Shown one piece after another: positions 1 to 11,726 of a stretch of DNA of 64,000 nt; within the stretch, counting starts at the first letter, position 1; every line of letters begins with the position of its first letter. The DNA is from Octopus sinensis. Lineage: Eukaryota. Where the stretch lies: contig NC_043006.1 of assembly GCF_006345805.1 (NCBI RefSeq), positions 84,072,001 through 84,136,000 of the forward strand. The letters are read 5' to 3'. Below the pieces are notes generated by a model. The model did no database searches. It saw only the letters and a list, made by a program, of their open reading frames with translations, and was not told the origin of the DNA. A program made the translations under genes and the position numbers.

Positions 1-1136
1 CAGAATAATCTGAATGCTAAAGTGTTAAAGGGTTTCATGATTTGAGGAGGATTTGGCTGCTATTTCTAACAAGTTGAGTAACCATATATATTCTATATTC
101 TAACAAGTTGAGTAACCATATATCCTGGCTTGTTTCAACAGCTGTTCTTCTGGAAATATCCTAATACTGGAATAATAACAATAATAATGATGATAATAGT
201 AGCAATCCACCACAAAATCTACCTGTTTGTGCGCAAATCCATTTCCACAGGTGTTACACTGTTCTTGAGAATAGCATACAAAAGTCTTTTTTTTTTTTTT
301 TGTTGATAATAGCTGGAAATTAAGTACTTGATTAACTTAATAAATGGCAGGTGTTTTTTGTTTTTCTTTTTTTCTAAAGACTTTCAACTTGCTGGAGATA
401 AAAGCTAGGAGTCTTGATTTTTATCTTTGATATTTCTTTGCTTGCAACAATTCCTCAATACTTCAATTAAACATTTTCTGTACTTCAGCAAGACAGAATG
501 GTAGTTGACAACTTTGCAGAACTGTTATTCTCTTGGCTTTTTTTTTTTTTGTCATTTGCACAGAAAGACAATTTTTTAAAGCAACCTAACTGAAATATGG
601 AAATTATATTTTTACCTAGTAGGTAACAAAAAAAAAAAAGAAAAGAATCAAGGAAAAATAGAAAATTTTAACTTGATGGCAGATGTTTTTATAAAAAGAA
701 ATGCAAAAAAAAAAGCATTTGAGATAAAAAGTTCACCTGGATTTTCTATGCCTTTCCCATCACCAACCCTCATCTGTTTTCATGTAACATGTTATTTTAT
801 CATGTCCAGACATGTTTTCATGGAAGATTGAAAATGAGAGACACAACTTTATGATGTTGGTATTTGTTTACAATTATTACATGTATGTATATTTCTGGAG
901 TGACAAGTTCAAAGAAGTTATGTCTGGCCACTTAGAATGAAGAACTCAGAGATAAATCTGTGAGTGAATACATAGTTAATACATAACCATTAATCCAATG
1001 AAATATATTTCATCTCAGCATATCTCAGAGGTCTCGGTCTTTGTCATTTCCTCTGTGAGGCCCTACGTGCCACCAGCACAATATCACAACTACAATAACC
1101 ATACGCTTTTTATTCTGATGTTGATATCATCATCAT

Positions 1137-1187
<51 letters not shown>

Positions 1188-1899
1188 TACATATATGTTT
1201 ATAAGAGTGTTGTAATTCGCTTGAAGCATTGTAATATTGAAAAAGGGAAAATAGGAAAGCTTCTGACAATGCAGACTTTCTGCATTGTGAGAAGCTTTCT
1301 TTTTTTTCCTTCATACACACACACGCACATGATACCCAGTAGGTAACAAACAACCTTTTAAACTTGGTAGCAGTTTTTCTTCTTTTGAGGAAGCTCAAAT
1401 TAATTTTCTCGAGTGTTTCACATTGTTGAAACAAAGTAGTTTATTTAGATAAGCTAATTTAGTTTCCAAGTAAATATTGGCTAAAACAGTTATGTGCAGT
1501 ATGACATTGCATGAATGGAGTTTTCATTAAGACAATAATCTATAAATAGTAAAATACTATGAAACAGGGCTAATACTATTTTTCAGTGTGTGTGTGTGAG
1601 TGTGTGTGTAAATTCTTTATATATTATATATTTGGTCTTCATGCACAGGTATCAAACATTGGGTGGAAAATCTTCCTCAGCTATGTGAGGTTCCTACCAT
1701 GACGTTTCCATTGGGTTTGGTCAATGGTTTATGTCTTCCTATATCAAACAGCAGCTTCTATAATATCATCATCATCATCATCATCGTCCTTATTTTAATA
1801 AAAAGAATCAGTTGTCATCCATCATTGTATATTATTTTCCTCTGTAATTAACACTACTCAATGCTTTTTCTCCAATTTCTTATAATAAATGACTACATA

Positions 1900-2068
1900 G
1901 GCGTAGGAGTGGCTGTGTGGTAAGTAGCTTGCTTACCAACTACATGGTCCCGGGTTCAGTCCCACTGCATGGCACTTTGGGCAAGTGTCTTCTACTATAG
2001 CCTCGGGCTGACCAAAGCCTTGTGAGTGGATTTGGTAGGCGGAAACTGAAAGAAGCCCGTCGTATATA

Positions 2069-2112
<44 letters not shown>

Positions 2113-2360
2113 ATATATGTATATATATGTATGTATGTGTGTGCATGTGTGTATGTGTCTGTGTTTGTTCCCCCAACATCGCTTGACAACCGATGCTGGT
2201 GTCTTTATGTCCCCGTAACTTAGTGGTTCGGCAAAACAGCTCAATAGAATAAGTACTAGGCTTACAAAGAATAAGTCCTGGGGTCATTTGCTCGACTAAA
2301 AGCAGTGCTCCAGCATGGCTGCAGTCAAATGACTGAAACAATTAAAAGAGTAAAAGAGTA
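1900..2360 (+). mobile_element. tRNA-headed SINE, family A (bipartite, central microsatellite)
   Basis: Head GGCGTAGGAGTGGCTGTGTGGTAAG with B-box-like GGTTCAGTCCC; tail ...ATGACTGAAAC. Further copies near 5025-5310(-), 16335-16727(-), 17290-17630(-), 19455-19862(-), 23145-23512(+), 25970-26305(-), 28860-29215(-), 51085-51440(+) and 58225-58570(-). Confidence 0.85.
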
Positions 2361-2389
2361 AGAGTACCTAGTTAAGTCTATGTTTAGTC

Positions 2390-2795
2390 AGAGTAACCAA
2401 TGCTTTCACATCCACTAAGGGTTTAACCCTATGGACGTCTCGTCAGACTCTAAAAGCCGAAGACAAATGTAACTATTCACCTCTGGGAGGCAGGGATCTG
2501 TTATGGTCATTTGGTCAGTAAGTCACCAAAGAATAAATACTCCAAGGTCAGTGCGGACAGATTATCTCCTTCAGACCAGTTCATCTGGGCCAAAAGAGAG
2601 GGAACAGGATGTTTTCCTTGGGGTGCTATTAGATCATAAGGACCCTTCCAGGTCTAATTGGACAACAGGGAATCCCATGCTTGCAGCAGGTAGCATTTGG
2701 ATGCAAGGGCTGTATCCATTTCATTTTGCTTTTAGAGACTGACGAGACGTCGATGGGGCGAAGCCTTTTGAGGATACGAAACCATTGGTCGCTGT
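2390..2795. mobile_element. Penelope-like terminal remnant: inverted pair of degenerate hammerhead motifs
   Basis: 2390-2456 is an inverted copy of 2729-2795; both carry CTGACGA-stem II-GAAA-...-GT(C/T). Confidence 0.6.
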
Positions 2796-4020
2796 ATCAC
2801 CAGACAGACATAACTACATATGAATACATTACTGCTTATGCTTTAGACTGTGCTTCTTTTTCAGATATATGATACATTGACTATGTGTGTGTGTGTATAA
2901 TGTGTGTATGTGTAGTTGCTTGACCTAGTGGTTAGGTTGCTGCACTTACAATTGTGAGATCGTGGTTTCGATTCCCAGACTGGGCAGTGCATTGTGTTCT
3001 TGATCAAAACACTTCATCTCACATAAGTCAATCATTTCAACATCTGATGTGCAGCACACTTGTGCACACAATATCGATTTGACAGAGGGAGTGAGTTTAT
3101 GGGAAAACAAGCATTTGATTACTATAAACAAATCTGTGTGATTGTTCAGCAAAAAGTTGAGGAACCCTCATCTGTCATGTAACAACAAGAGAATCCATAA
3201 TAGATATATATTATTTGTTTCGGTTATTGGACTGCATCCATATATAAAAACACATGCATACAAGAGGTTTCAACATGGTTTCTATCTATTACATTCATTT
3301 ACAATGCACAGGTCACTCTGAGCCCATAGTAGAAGACACTTGCCCAAGGTGCCATGTGGTGGCATTGAACCCAATACCATGTGGATGCAAAGTGAGTTTC
3401 TTAACCACATAGCCATGCCTGCATCAAGAAACAGAGTATGTGTGTATTTTCGTGTTTATCCGGCGCCCTAGTGCTAGGGTACTGGACATGTTTAAAAATG
3501 CTGTCTGGCACACTTTCATCGCATGGAGCTGATAGTGGCACATGAAAGCATATATTGTGTTTATTAAATAACTTGTGTATGTGTGTGTGTGTGTATGAAT
3601 ATATATATGTATGTGTATATGTGAAAATACGTATGTATATATGTGTGTGTGCATAGATGTATATATTGCTGTATGAAAAATAGATTGACCTGTACTTCAC
3701 AGGGAACATCTTCATTTATTTTAATAAAGCATTTTGTTTAATGAGATTGGTCTATAACTAATTAAAAATAAATCTGAGCCATGATAAAAATCTCTGCAAC
3801 GGGCATAATATATACTAATACAAAGATGTGTGTGTGTGTGTGTTTATAAACAATTGCAGTGGGGAAAGTGTTTATAAGCAATTTAAAAACACACAAAAAC
3901 CATTAGATCCACTTCAACATTTAAATTTAATTTGCCAAAATATTATTGTCGCTGTGAAACTGTGACCTATTCACTGACAAAATTCCATGCTGCATATATA
4001 TATATATATATATATACATA

Positions 4021-4060
<40 letters not shown>

Positions 4061-4183
4061 CAGTATGTATGTATGTACAGTATGTATGTATGTATGTATG
4101 TATGTATGTATGTATGTACAGTATGTATGTATGTACAGTATGTATGTATGTACAGTATATATGTATATGTATGTATATATGTA

Positions 4184-4390
4184 CAGTAATCCCTCGACTA
4201 TCATGGGTGTTACATTTCAAAACCCCCGTGATAGGTGACGATCCTCGAAGTAGAAACAGTACTGTATTTTTTTTTTAAATTTGTATATGTGTTATTTTAT
4301 TATAAATGCAAAACAACACCACAGAAGAATTGACGTAAGCTTAACTAATAAGCTGCAGTAGGTAAACTGCGATATAGCAAAGGGTTACTG
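4184..4390. mobile_element. pogo/Tigger-type MITE
   Basis: TIRs CAGTAATCCCTCGACTATC and GATATAGCAAAGGGTTACTG, flanked by TA on both sides. Confidence 0.75.
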
Positions 4391-4422
4391 TATATGTATA
4401 CATATATATATAAATGTATATT

Positions 4423-5018
4423 CATCATCATCATCATCATCGTTTAATGTCCACTTTCCATGCTAGCATGGGTTGGACGGTTTGACTGAAGTCTGGGGAG
4501 TCAGCGGCTGCACCAGTACTTGTATTGGCCATTTTCAGATGGTGCTTTTTACATACCACTGGCACAAAAGCCAGTCAGCGGGTACTGGCATCAGCCACAT
4601 TCGGTCGGTGCTTTTTATGTGCCACTGGCATGTGAGCCAGTCAGGGGGAACTGGCCACAGCTATGATGTTGATTTTACTTGACACTACAGGTCTTCTTAA
4701 GCATATCATATTGCCCAATGCATCAGTAGTATTCTTAACAGGGCCGGACATGTGTGGCTGCGATCTCACTTGAGTTGCCAGGTCTTCTCAATCACAGCAT
4801 ATCTCCAAAGGTCCTGGTCTCCTGTCATTGCCTCTATGAGGCCCAATGTTTGAAGGTCATGCTTCACCACCTCATCTCATGCCTTCCTGGGTCTACCTCT
4901 TCCACAGGTTCCGTCTACAGTTAGGGAGTGGCACTTCCTCACACAGCTGTCTTCATTCATACATAACAGATGACCACATGCCTCTCTTCCACACCACATT
5001 TGATGCTTCTTATGACCA
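4423..5018 (-). mobile_element. 5'-truncated RTE-clade LINE (RT C-terminus, 3' UTR, (GAT)n tail)
   Basis: Minus strand reads HLLCMNEDSCVRKCHSLTVDGTCGRGRPRKAW (RTE-type GRGRP.K.W motif), continuous with the abundant ...CCAACCCATGCTAGCATGGAAAG...GATGATGAT tail. Confidence 0.8.
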
Positions 5019-5823
5019 ACGTTTCTCTCAGGGCTAATTCTTTGACTGCGGCCATGCTGCAGCACTGCTTTTGGTCGAACAAATTGACTCCAGAACTTAT
5101 TCTTTGTAAACCTAGTACTCATCTTGGTCTCTTTCGCCGAACCGCTAAGTCACAGGGATGTAAACAAACCAACGATGGTGGAGAGACAAATATATACACA
5201 CACACACATATATACACGATGGGCTTCTTTTAGTTTCCATCTACCAAAATCCACTCACTAGGCCTTTTGTCAGCTTCAGGTTATAGTGGAAGACACTTGC
5301 CAAGGTGCCATGCATAGATCATTAGCCACTACACACATTTTTTTCTCTCCTTGTTTTTTCTGTGTCCCTTTCTGTAGAAGAGTGTAGGCTCAAAACGTAA
5401 AAGACTTTTTCTATTCCTGAGCATTATACTAATACATCTGTTTGCTTTGTACACCACTTGTCTTCGTCTTTTGTTTTTTTCGTAAACTCTCCTATATATA
5501 TATATATGTATATCTTGAATTGTTGTCATGGTCACTGCCGGTGCCATGTTAATAGCACCTGTACATTGTAGTTGTGGTTGTTGCCAGTGCTGTGTAAATG
5601 ACACCCACCCATGAGTCGTAGTTGTTGCTGGTGCCATGTAAATGGTACCTGTGCTTGTGGCACATAAAAGCACCCATTACATTCCTGACGTGGTTGGCAT
5701 CATTAGGAAGGGCATCCAGTTGTAAAACCTGTGTCAAATCAGACTGGAACCCAGTGCAGCTCTCCGGCTTATTAGCTCCAGTGAAACTGTCTGACCCATG
5801 CCAGCGGATGTTAAATGATGATG

Positions 5824-5860
<37 letters not shown>

Positions 5861-5895
5861 TTATCACCATATTGTTTTATCATCATTTATATATA

Positions 5896-6803
5896 CGAGG
5901 TCTGATCAATAAGTATTTGGACTGTTGCCATAGTAATGAAGCTAGAGCATGCAGAGTGAAGCTGCTTGGCAAAAATTGACCTTGAACTCTGCTGTGCATG
6001 CACACTAAGTTTTAATGTTCTAGCTCACTTCTGCTGTTTACAGCAGTGCTTGGTAGAAAGGTGTGTAGCGTGTGATTGCCACATTGGCCATGGCAGAGAA
6101 AATTGTCATAGCGATACCTGCTCAGAGGCCTACACAAAGTTGCAGAAAGTGTATGGAAAGGAATGTATGATTCGCACACATGTGTATGAGAGTTTCAGAC
6201 GTTTCTAAGATGGTCGAAAAAATGTCAATATTGACGAACGTTCTGGGAGACCCAAAACCAGCAGAACTGAGAAAAACATTGCAGATGTGAGGAGAAATCG
6301 TTGAATTATCATCTGTGAGTTATCAGAGGATGTGTAGATTATTTATGGTTCAGTTCAGTCCATTATCACTGAAGATGTAGAAAAGATTATCAATGAAGAT
6401 TTGGGTATGAGATGCGTGCCTGCACATTTTATGCCAAAACTGCTTTCAGCTGACCAAGAAGACAGTCGGGATTCAGTTGCACAAGATCTCCTTGATTGTG
6501 TCAAGAAAGATGAAAACTTTTTTCTGAAAATTGTGCATAGGACTCTGAGCAGGTATCGCCAAGCTTTTGGCAAAATTTGATGCAAATTCTCTGCTCAGCT
6601 TTCTGTCATGGTCAACACGACAATCACATGCTACACACTTTCCTTCCAAACACTGCTGTAAATAGCAGAAGTGAGCTAGAATGTTAAAACTTAGTGCATA
6701 TGGACAGCAGAATTCAAGGTCAATCTGTGTCCAGTGGCTTTACTCTTTGTGCTTTAGCTTCATTACTATGGCAACAGTCCAGTTATTTATTGATCAGACC
6801 ACA
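5896..6803. mobile_element. Defective mariner element built from two inverted 5' ends
   Basis: TA-flanked TIRs CGAGGTCTGATCAATAA and TTATTGATCAGACCACA. + strand carries decayed N-terminal transposase (…DERSGRPKTS…MRCVPAHFMPKLL…); 6535-6803 is an inverted second 5' end (EQRICIKFCQKLGDTCSE). Confidence 0.85.
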
Positions 6804-6851
6804 TATATAGCATGCCAGCATGGAAAATGGATGTTAAATGATAACGATGAT

Positions 6852-6910
<59 letters not shown>

Positions 6911-6915
<5 letters not shown>

Positions 6916-7128
6916 AGATAAGAAAATGGAGAAATACATCTAAATCAAATATCAATTACCAGATAATACTCAATCACATACTTTATTAAACCACCACACT
7001 GATTTGTTCTGCTTTTTATATTTAACCCTACAGTCTCTTATGTGGTGGTTTAATAAAGTATGTGATTGAGTATTATCTGGTAATTGATATTTGATTTAGA
7101 TGTATTTCTCCATTTTCTTATCTTGTAT
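6911..7128. repeat. Perfect 88-bp inverted repeat with 42-nt loop
   Basis: 6911-6998 is the exact reverse complement of 7041-7128. Confidence 0.95.
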
Positions 7129-7297
7129 TAGTAATTTGTGGTAAATCATTTTACCTTTGCCCATATAATACAGTAAATGAATTGATTGCATCGCAATCAT
7201 TAACATTTATGTATTAACTTTGTTGGGTACTTCACTAGCAGTATATTGGATATACGTTATCCCAGAGAGGGTTGCATTTACAACCCCTATCTCAATT

Positions 7298-7329
<32 letters not shown>

Positions 7330-7330
7330 C

Positions 7331-7604
7331 CGGAGCAAGCACAAATGTGAAACAAGGTGGAAAATAAGAGTACTCAAATACCCAATACAGAAGTAGAGTG
7401 ATATGCTTTATTTAAAAGCAGCAGAAATATAACAAAAGCTGTTACTCAGAGTTTCACGTTCCCGCTTGTCAGTGTATCCTTTAACTAGTTTTGATTATAT
7501 GATTATTTCTGTTCTATCTTAACAAAATCTGTCCTGCGAACGAGAACCTGAAACTTTGAGTAACAGTTTTTGTTATATTTCTGCTGCTTTTAAATAAAGC
7601 ATAT
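7331..7604. mobile_element. Penelope-like hairpin remnant with two opposed degenerate hammerhead motifs
   Basis: Arms 7401-7464 and 7541-7604; related single copy at ~30020-30180. Confidence 0.6.
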
Positions 7605-7845
7605 ATATATATTGTTGACTTTTACAAGGAGATGGCTAACAGTGACTTTGCAGTTTCAGTTTGCTTGTCATTATCAGTCTAATTATGGCAAGCAGGCAAC
7701 AATTTTGAAGTCTCTATCAACATTTACTTTGTAAAAATTAATAACTCTGTACTATACAAAAAAAAAAGAAAAGAAGTATTGAGTAATTCTTCAGTCTAGT
7801 GTTAAACTGTTTTGATATTATGATGAGAATATAGAGGGGGAGGGA

Positions 7846-7886
<41 letters not shown>

Positions 7887-9273
7887 CTGATAGACAGACA
7901 GAGTATTAAGTAAATGAAGTTTGTTAGATTTAATTCTTACAGATTAACTCTTCAGGGAGTGAAAGAATATTGTATAATGCAATTGAAACGGTTTTGTCCC
8001 ATCCCTTGTAAAATACAAAAAAAAAAACAACAAAGAAACAAACAAATGAACAAACAGCTTTTTCACACTTGGAGACAGTTACCCTGTATTTTACAAGAAT
8101 TCGGTGAAGTTGTCCTTGACAATTAAAGTGATACTAGTTGTTATGTTGATGTTGGTTTCAAAGAGAATGGTGGTGGTGTTGATGATGATGATAGTGGTGA
8201 TGTAATTTATTTTCTTTCCTTCTTGTCCTGCATTCTTAAAGCTGACAGCTTACATTACTGCACCATGATGATACAAGTACTTTCGCTTCTGAAATTTCAT
8301 ACCAATTATAACCCGGTTGTTAAGTTCCTCACATCTGTGTGTGTGTGAGTGTGTGTGTTAATGGGAGGCATAACTAACTATCCAGTGCCTGTCCTTCCCA
8401 TAGAATTTCAGTCACTGCTTTTTCCCTTTCTCCCTTTCTCTGGGACAAACGCTTGTCAACTAAGTTAAATTAGTTGCCAATGAACCCGTTAGACATGTAA
8501 CAATGCTTTTATAAACTGTGAAGTTTTTAGTGTAGACGGTGACAGTTTGTCAGTTGACAAGAACCGTTTTAATGATGGCTAGCTGAAAGAAAAACAAAAT
8601 GGTGGAGAGATTCCTGTTTGTGCTTTAGATCTGTGACAAATTTTTTGAAACAGTATTTCCAAATATCTCCTGGTACAGGCTTCCCAACCACAAAGTTCTG
8701 GATTCAGTCCCACTGTGTGGCACATTACCAAGTGTCTTCTAACATAGCCCCAGGTCAACCAAAACCTTGTGAGTGGATTTGGTAGAATGAAAACTGAAAG
8801 CAGCCCATCATATATATATATATATATATTTCGTTTTTGTATTTGGTTTGCAAGATTCTTTATATGAATCTGTGTGTTGAAGCTTATTTTATTGTGTCTG
8901 GGAAGAGTCATTCTCGTTTAGTGCCTCATTATTGAACTACTCTTTTTTTTCTACCTTATTTCACATTTATGTGCATACTCCACTATATATATATATATAT
9001 ATATATATAATCATTTAACATCCATTTTCCATGCTGGCATGCTATATGTGGTCTGATCAATAAGCATCTGGACTGTTGCCATAGTAATGAAGCTAAAGCA
9101 GGAAGAGTAAAGCCACTGGGCACAGTACTTATTTATTTTTACTAAAATTTTTGTTGCATTTTGCAACCTTTTCAATAGTCTTTTCAATTACTATTGAAAA
9201 GAGTGGAAATCGGACCGGTGAGTGTGTTAAATTAATAAGGCACTAAAAGAGAATGACTATCATCAGACACAAT

Positions 9274-9345
<72 letters not shown>

Positions 9346-9387
9346 TATAAGAAAAATATATATATAAATAATATAAGAATATATATA

Positions 9388-9689
9388 TATCGCGTGATCA
9401 CGTGACCAACCAGACAATCAGATGTTGCTACACATCGCTGGTCACAATGCGTTCGCATTGTTTTAGCCTTCGAATAATGCCACCCCGCTGGCTAAGCGAG
9501 CAGGCCAACAGAAGAAAGAGTGAGAGAAAGAGTGGTGAAAGAGTACAGCAGGGATCACCACCCCCTGCCGGAGCCTCGTGGAGCTTTTAGGTGTTTTCGC
9601 TCGATAAACACACACAACGGTCTGGGAATCAAAACCGCGATCCTCTGACCGCGAGTCCGCTGCCCTAACCACTGGGCCATTGTATCTCC
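9388..9689 (-). mobile_element. tRNA-headed SINE, family D
   Basis: Head AATGGCCCAGTGGTTAG (A box) and GGTTTTGATTCC (B box). Other copies at 12885-13180(+), 27027-27330(+) and 59030-59200(-). Confidence 0.8.
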
Positions 9690-10760
9690 ACACACACACA
9701 CACACACACACACATACATACATATATATATATATATGATGATGATGATGATACCCATACATATACACACACACATACCTACATACTCCTATACGCACAT
9801 ACATACACACAGACATACACAAACATACACACACACATACTTACACACACACTCGCCTGCACGCGCACACACATGCATGACAAGCACCCATACACTCACT
9901 CACATACGCACACACCAACATAAACACGCACACGCACACACACACCTACACTCCCACACACATACATACGCACCTACATACACACACGCACGCATACACA
10001 CGCACACACACGCATACACACATACATTACACACGTACACACACACCTACATACACATGCATACACACACACACACAAACATGCACGGACACACCCAGAC
10101 ATACATACATACACCTATACACACACGCCCACACACCTACATACACACACATACATACACACACATACACGGACACACCCATACATACTTACATACATAC
10201 ACCTATACACACACGCCTACACACCTACATACACACACATGCATACACACACACACATGTACGCACATACACACACATATACGCACATACATATATACCC
10301 ACACACATGCACACACACACACATGCATGCATGCATGCACACACCTACACGCATACATGCATACACACACACACACACACGTACACATACATACATACAC
10401 ACACACATACATACACCCATACACATACATGCATCCTACACACACATACATACACACTCATACATACACACACACTCACTCACACACCTGTATGTACGCG
10501 CACACACATGCACATACACACACTTCCACACACACACACGTACATACATACACACTCATACACATACACACACACACACACGGACATACATCTATGCACA
10601 CACATATATACACACATACTTACATACATTCATCGGACACACTGACACCCAGACATACACACAGACACACACATCCACACACACACATACTTACACACAC
10701 ACTCGCAGGCGCGCGCACACACACGCTTGCGCCGGCTCGCGCACGCATACGCGCATGCAT
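9690..10760. repeat. ~1 kb degenerate (CA)/(CATA) low-complexity tract
   Basis: Interrupted ACAC/ATAC units; explains the His/Thr ORFs on + and the Val/Cys ORFs on -. Confidence 0.95.
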
Positions 10761-11140
10761 GCACCTCGCTCTTGGACCCGACGAGATCTCCGGCTCGTTT
10801 CTGGGGCCGTCGCCTGTCGTTGGGTTCTCCCACGCCCGTCTCCGCGGGACCACTCTTCCATCTTCCCCTCAGCTGGAGTCCTTTTTCCTTATAACCCCCC
10901 CTTTTTTGTTACACACACGCGCACACATACATACACCCACTCACACACACACGTTTTTTTTTTTCTCCCTCTCTTTGCCCACCTTGGGATCTTTCTTTCC
11001 TCTCTCTTCCTTCTTTATGTTTCCGACGAAGAGCTCCGCTCGAAACGTCATACCTTCCTGCTTCCATCTTTCCTGAGCGCCTATTAATAATAATACTGTA
11101 ATTGTTCCACGTGTTGTTGTTTTTTCTGTTTTCCCGTTTG
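10760..11140 (+). mobile_element. Penelope-like 3' terminus with hammerhead motif; second copy at 25290-25580
   Basis: CCGACGA-A-GAGC-TCC-GCTC-GAAA-CG-TC at 11023-11049; CTGATGA-A-GAGC-TCC-GCTT-GAAA-CA-TT at 25460-25486; downstream sequences are similar. Confidence 0.6.
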
Positions 11141-11144
11141 GATT

Positions 11145-11175
<31 letters not shown>

Positions 11176-11726
11176 AAAAGAAATGACACATGCAAAACAA
11201 TGGTTATGTTCATAACATAACCATTGTTTTTCCTATTACTTTTCTATACGTATCTAACACTTTGTTATAAAACATACATATATTGAGTTCTGCATCAAGT
11301 TATTAGTTTCACAATGCCTAAGCAAATACACACACACACACACGTGTGTGTGTCTTTGTGTCTGTGTCTATCCCCAACACCACTTCACAACCAATTTTGG
11401 TGTGTTTATGTCCCCATAATGAAGTATGGCAAAATAGACTGATAGAATAATTACCAGATTTTAAAAAATGAAAATTAATTACAGAGGCTTGATTCAATTG
11501 ACTAAAATCCCTCAGGGTGGTGCCCCAGCATGGCTGCAGTCTAATGACTGAAACAAGTAAAAGATAAAATAAAAAAAAGAAGAGTTTTATTTTATTAAAT
11601 GATTATTGATTGTGTTTGCTGACCCACAAAGTCACAGGGACATAAAAAAATCCACACTGATTGTCAAGTGGTGTGGGGGACAAACGCAGGCACACACATA
11701 TATGTATATTCACACTCATACACATT

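Noticed and set aside
3927-4278. YIYI/VCMY-type ORFs here and throughout the track
   Set aside because: Products of (TA)n, (TG)n and (TATG)n microsatellites.
9736-11076. 446-aa His/Thr-rich ORF and overlapping ORFs
   Set aside because: Translation of a degenerate (CA)n tract that lacks stop codons by composition; its 3' part runs into a Penelope-like terminus.
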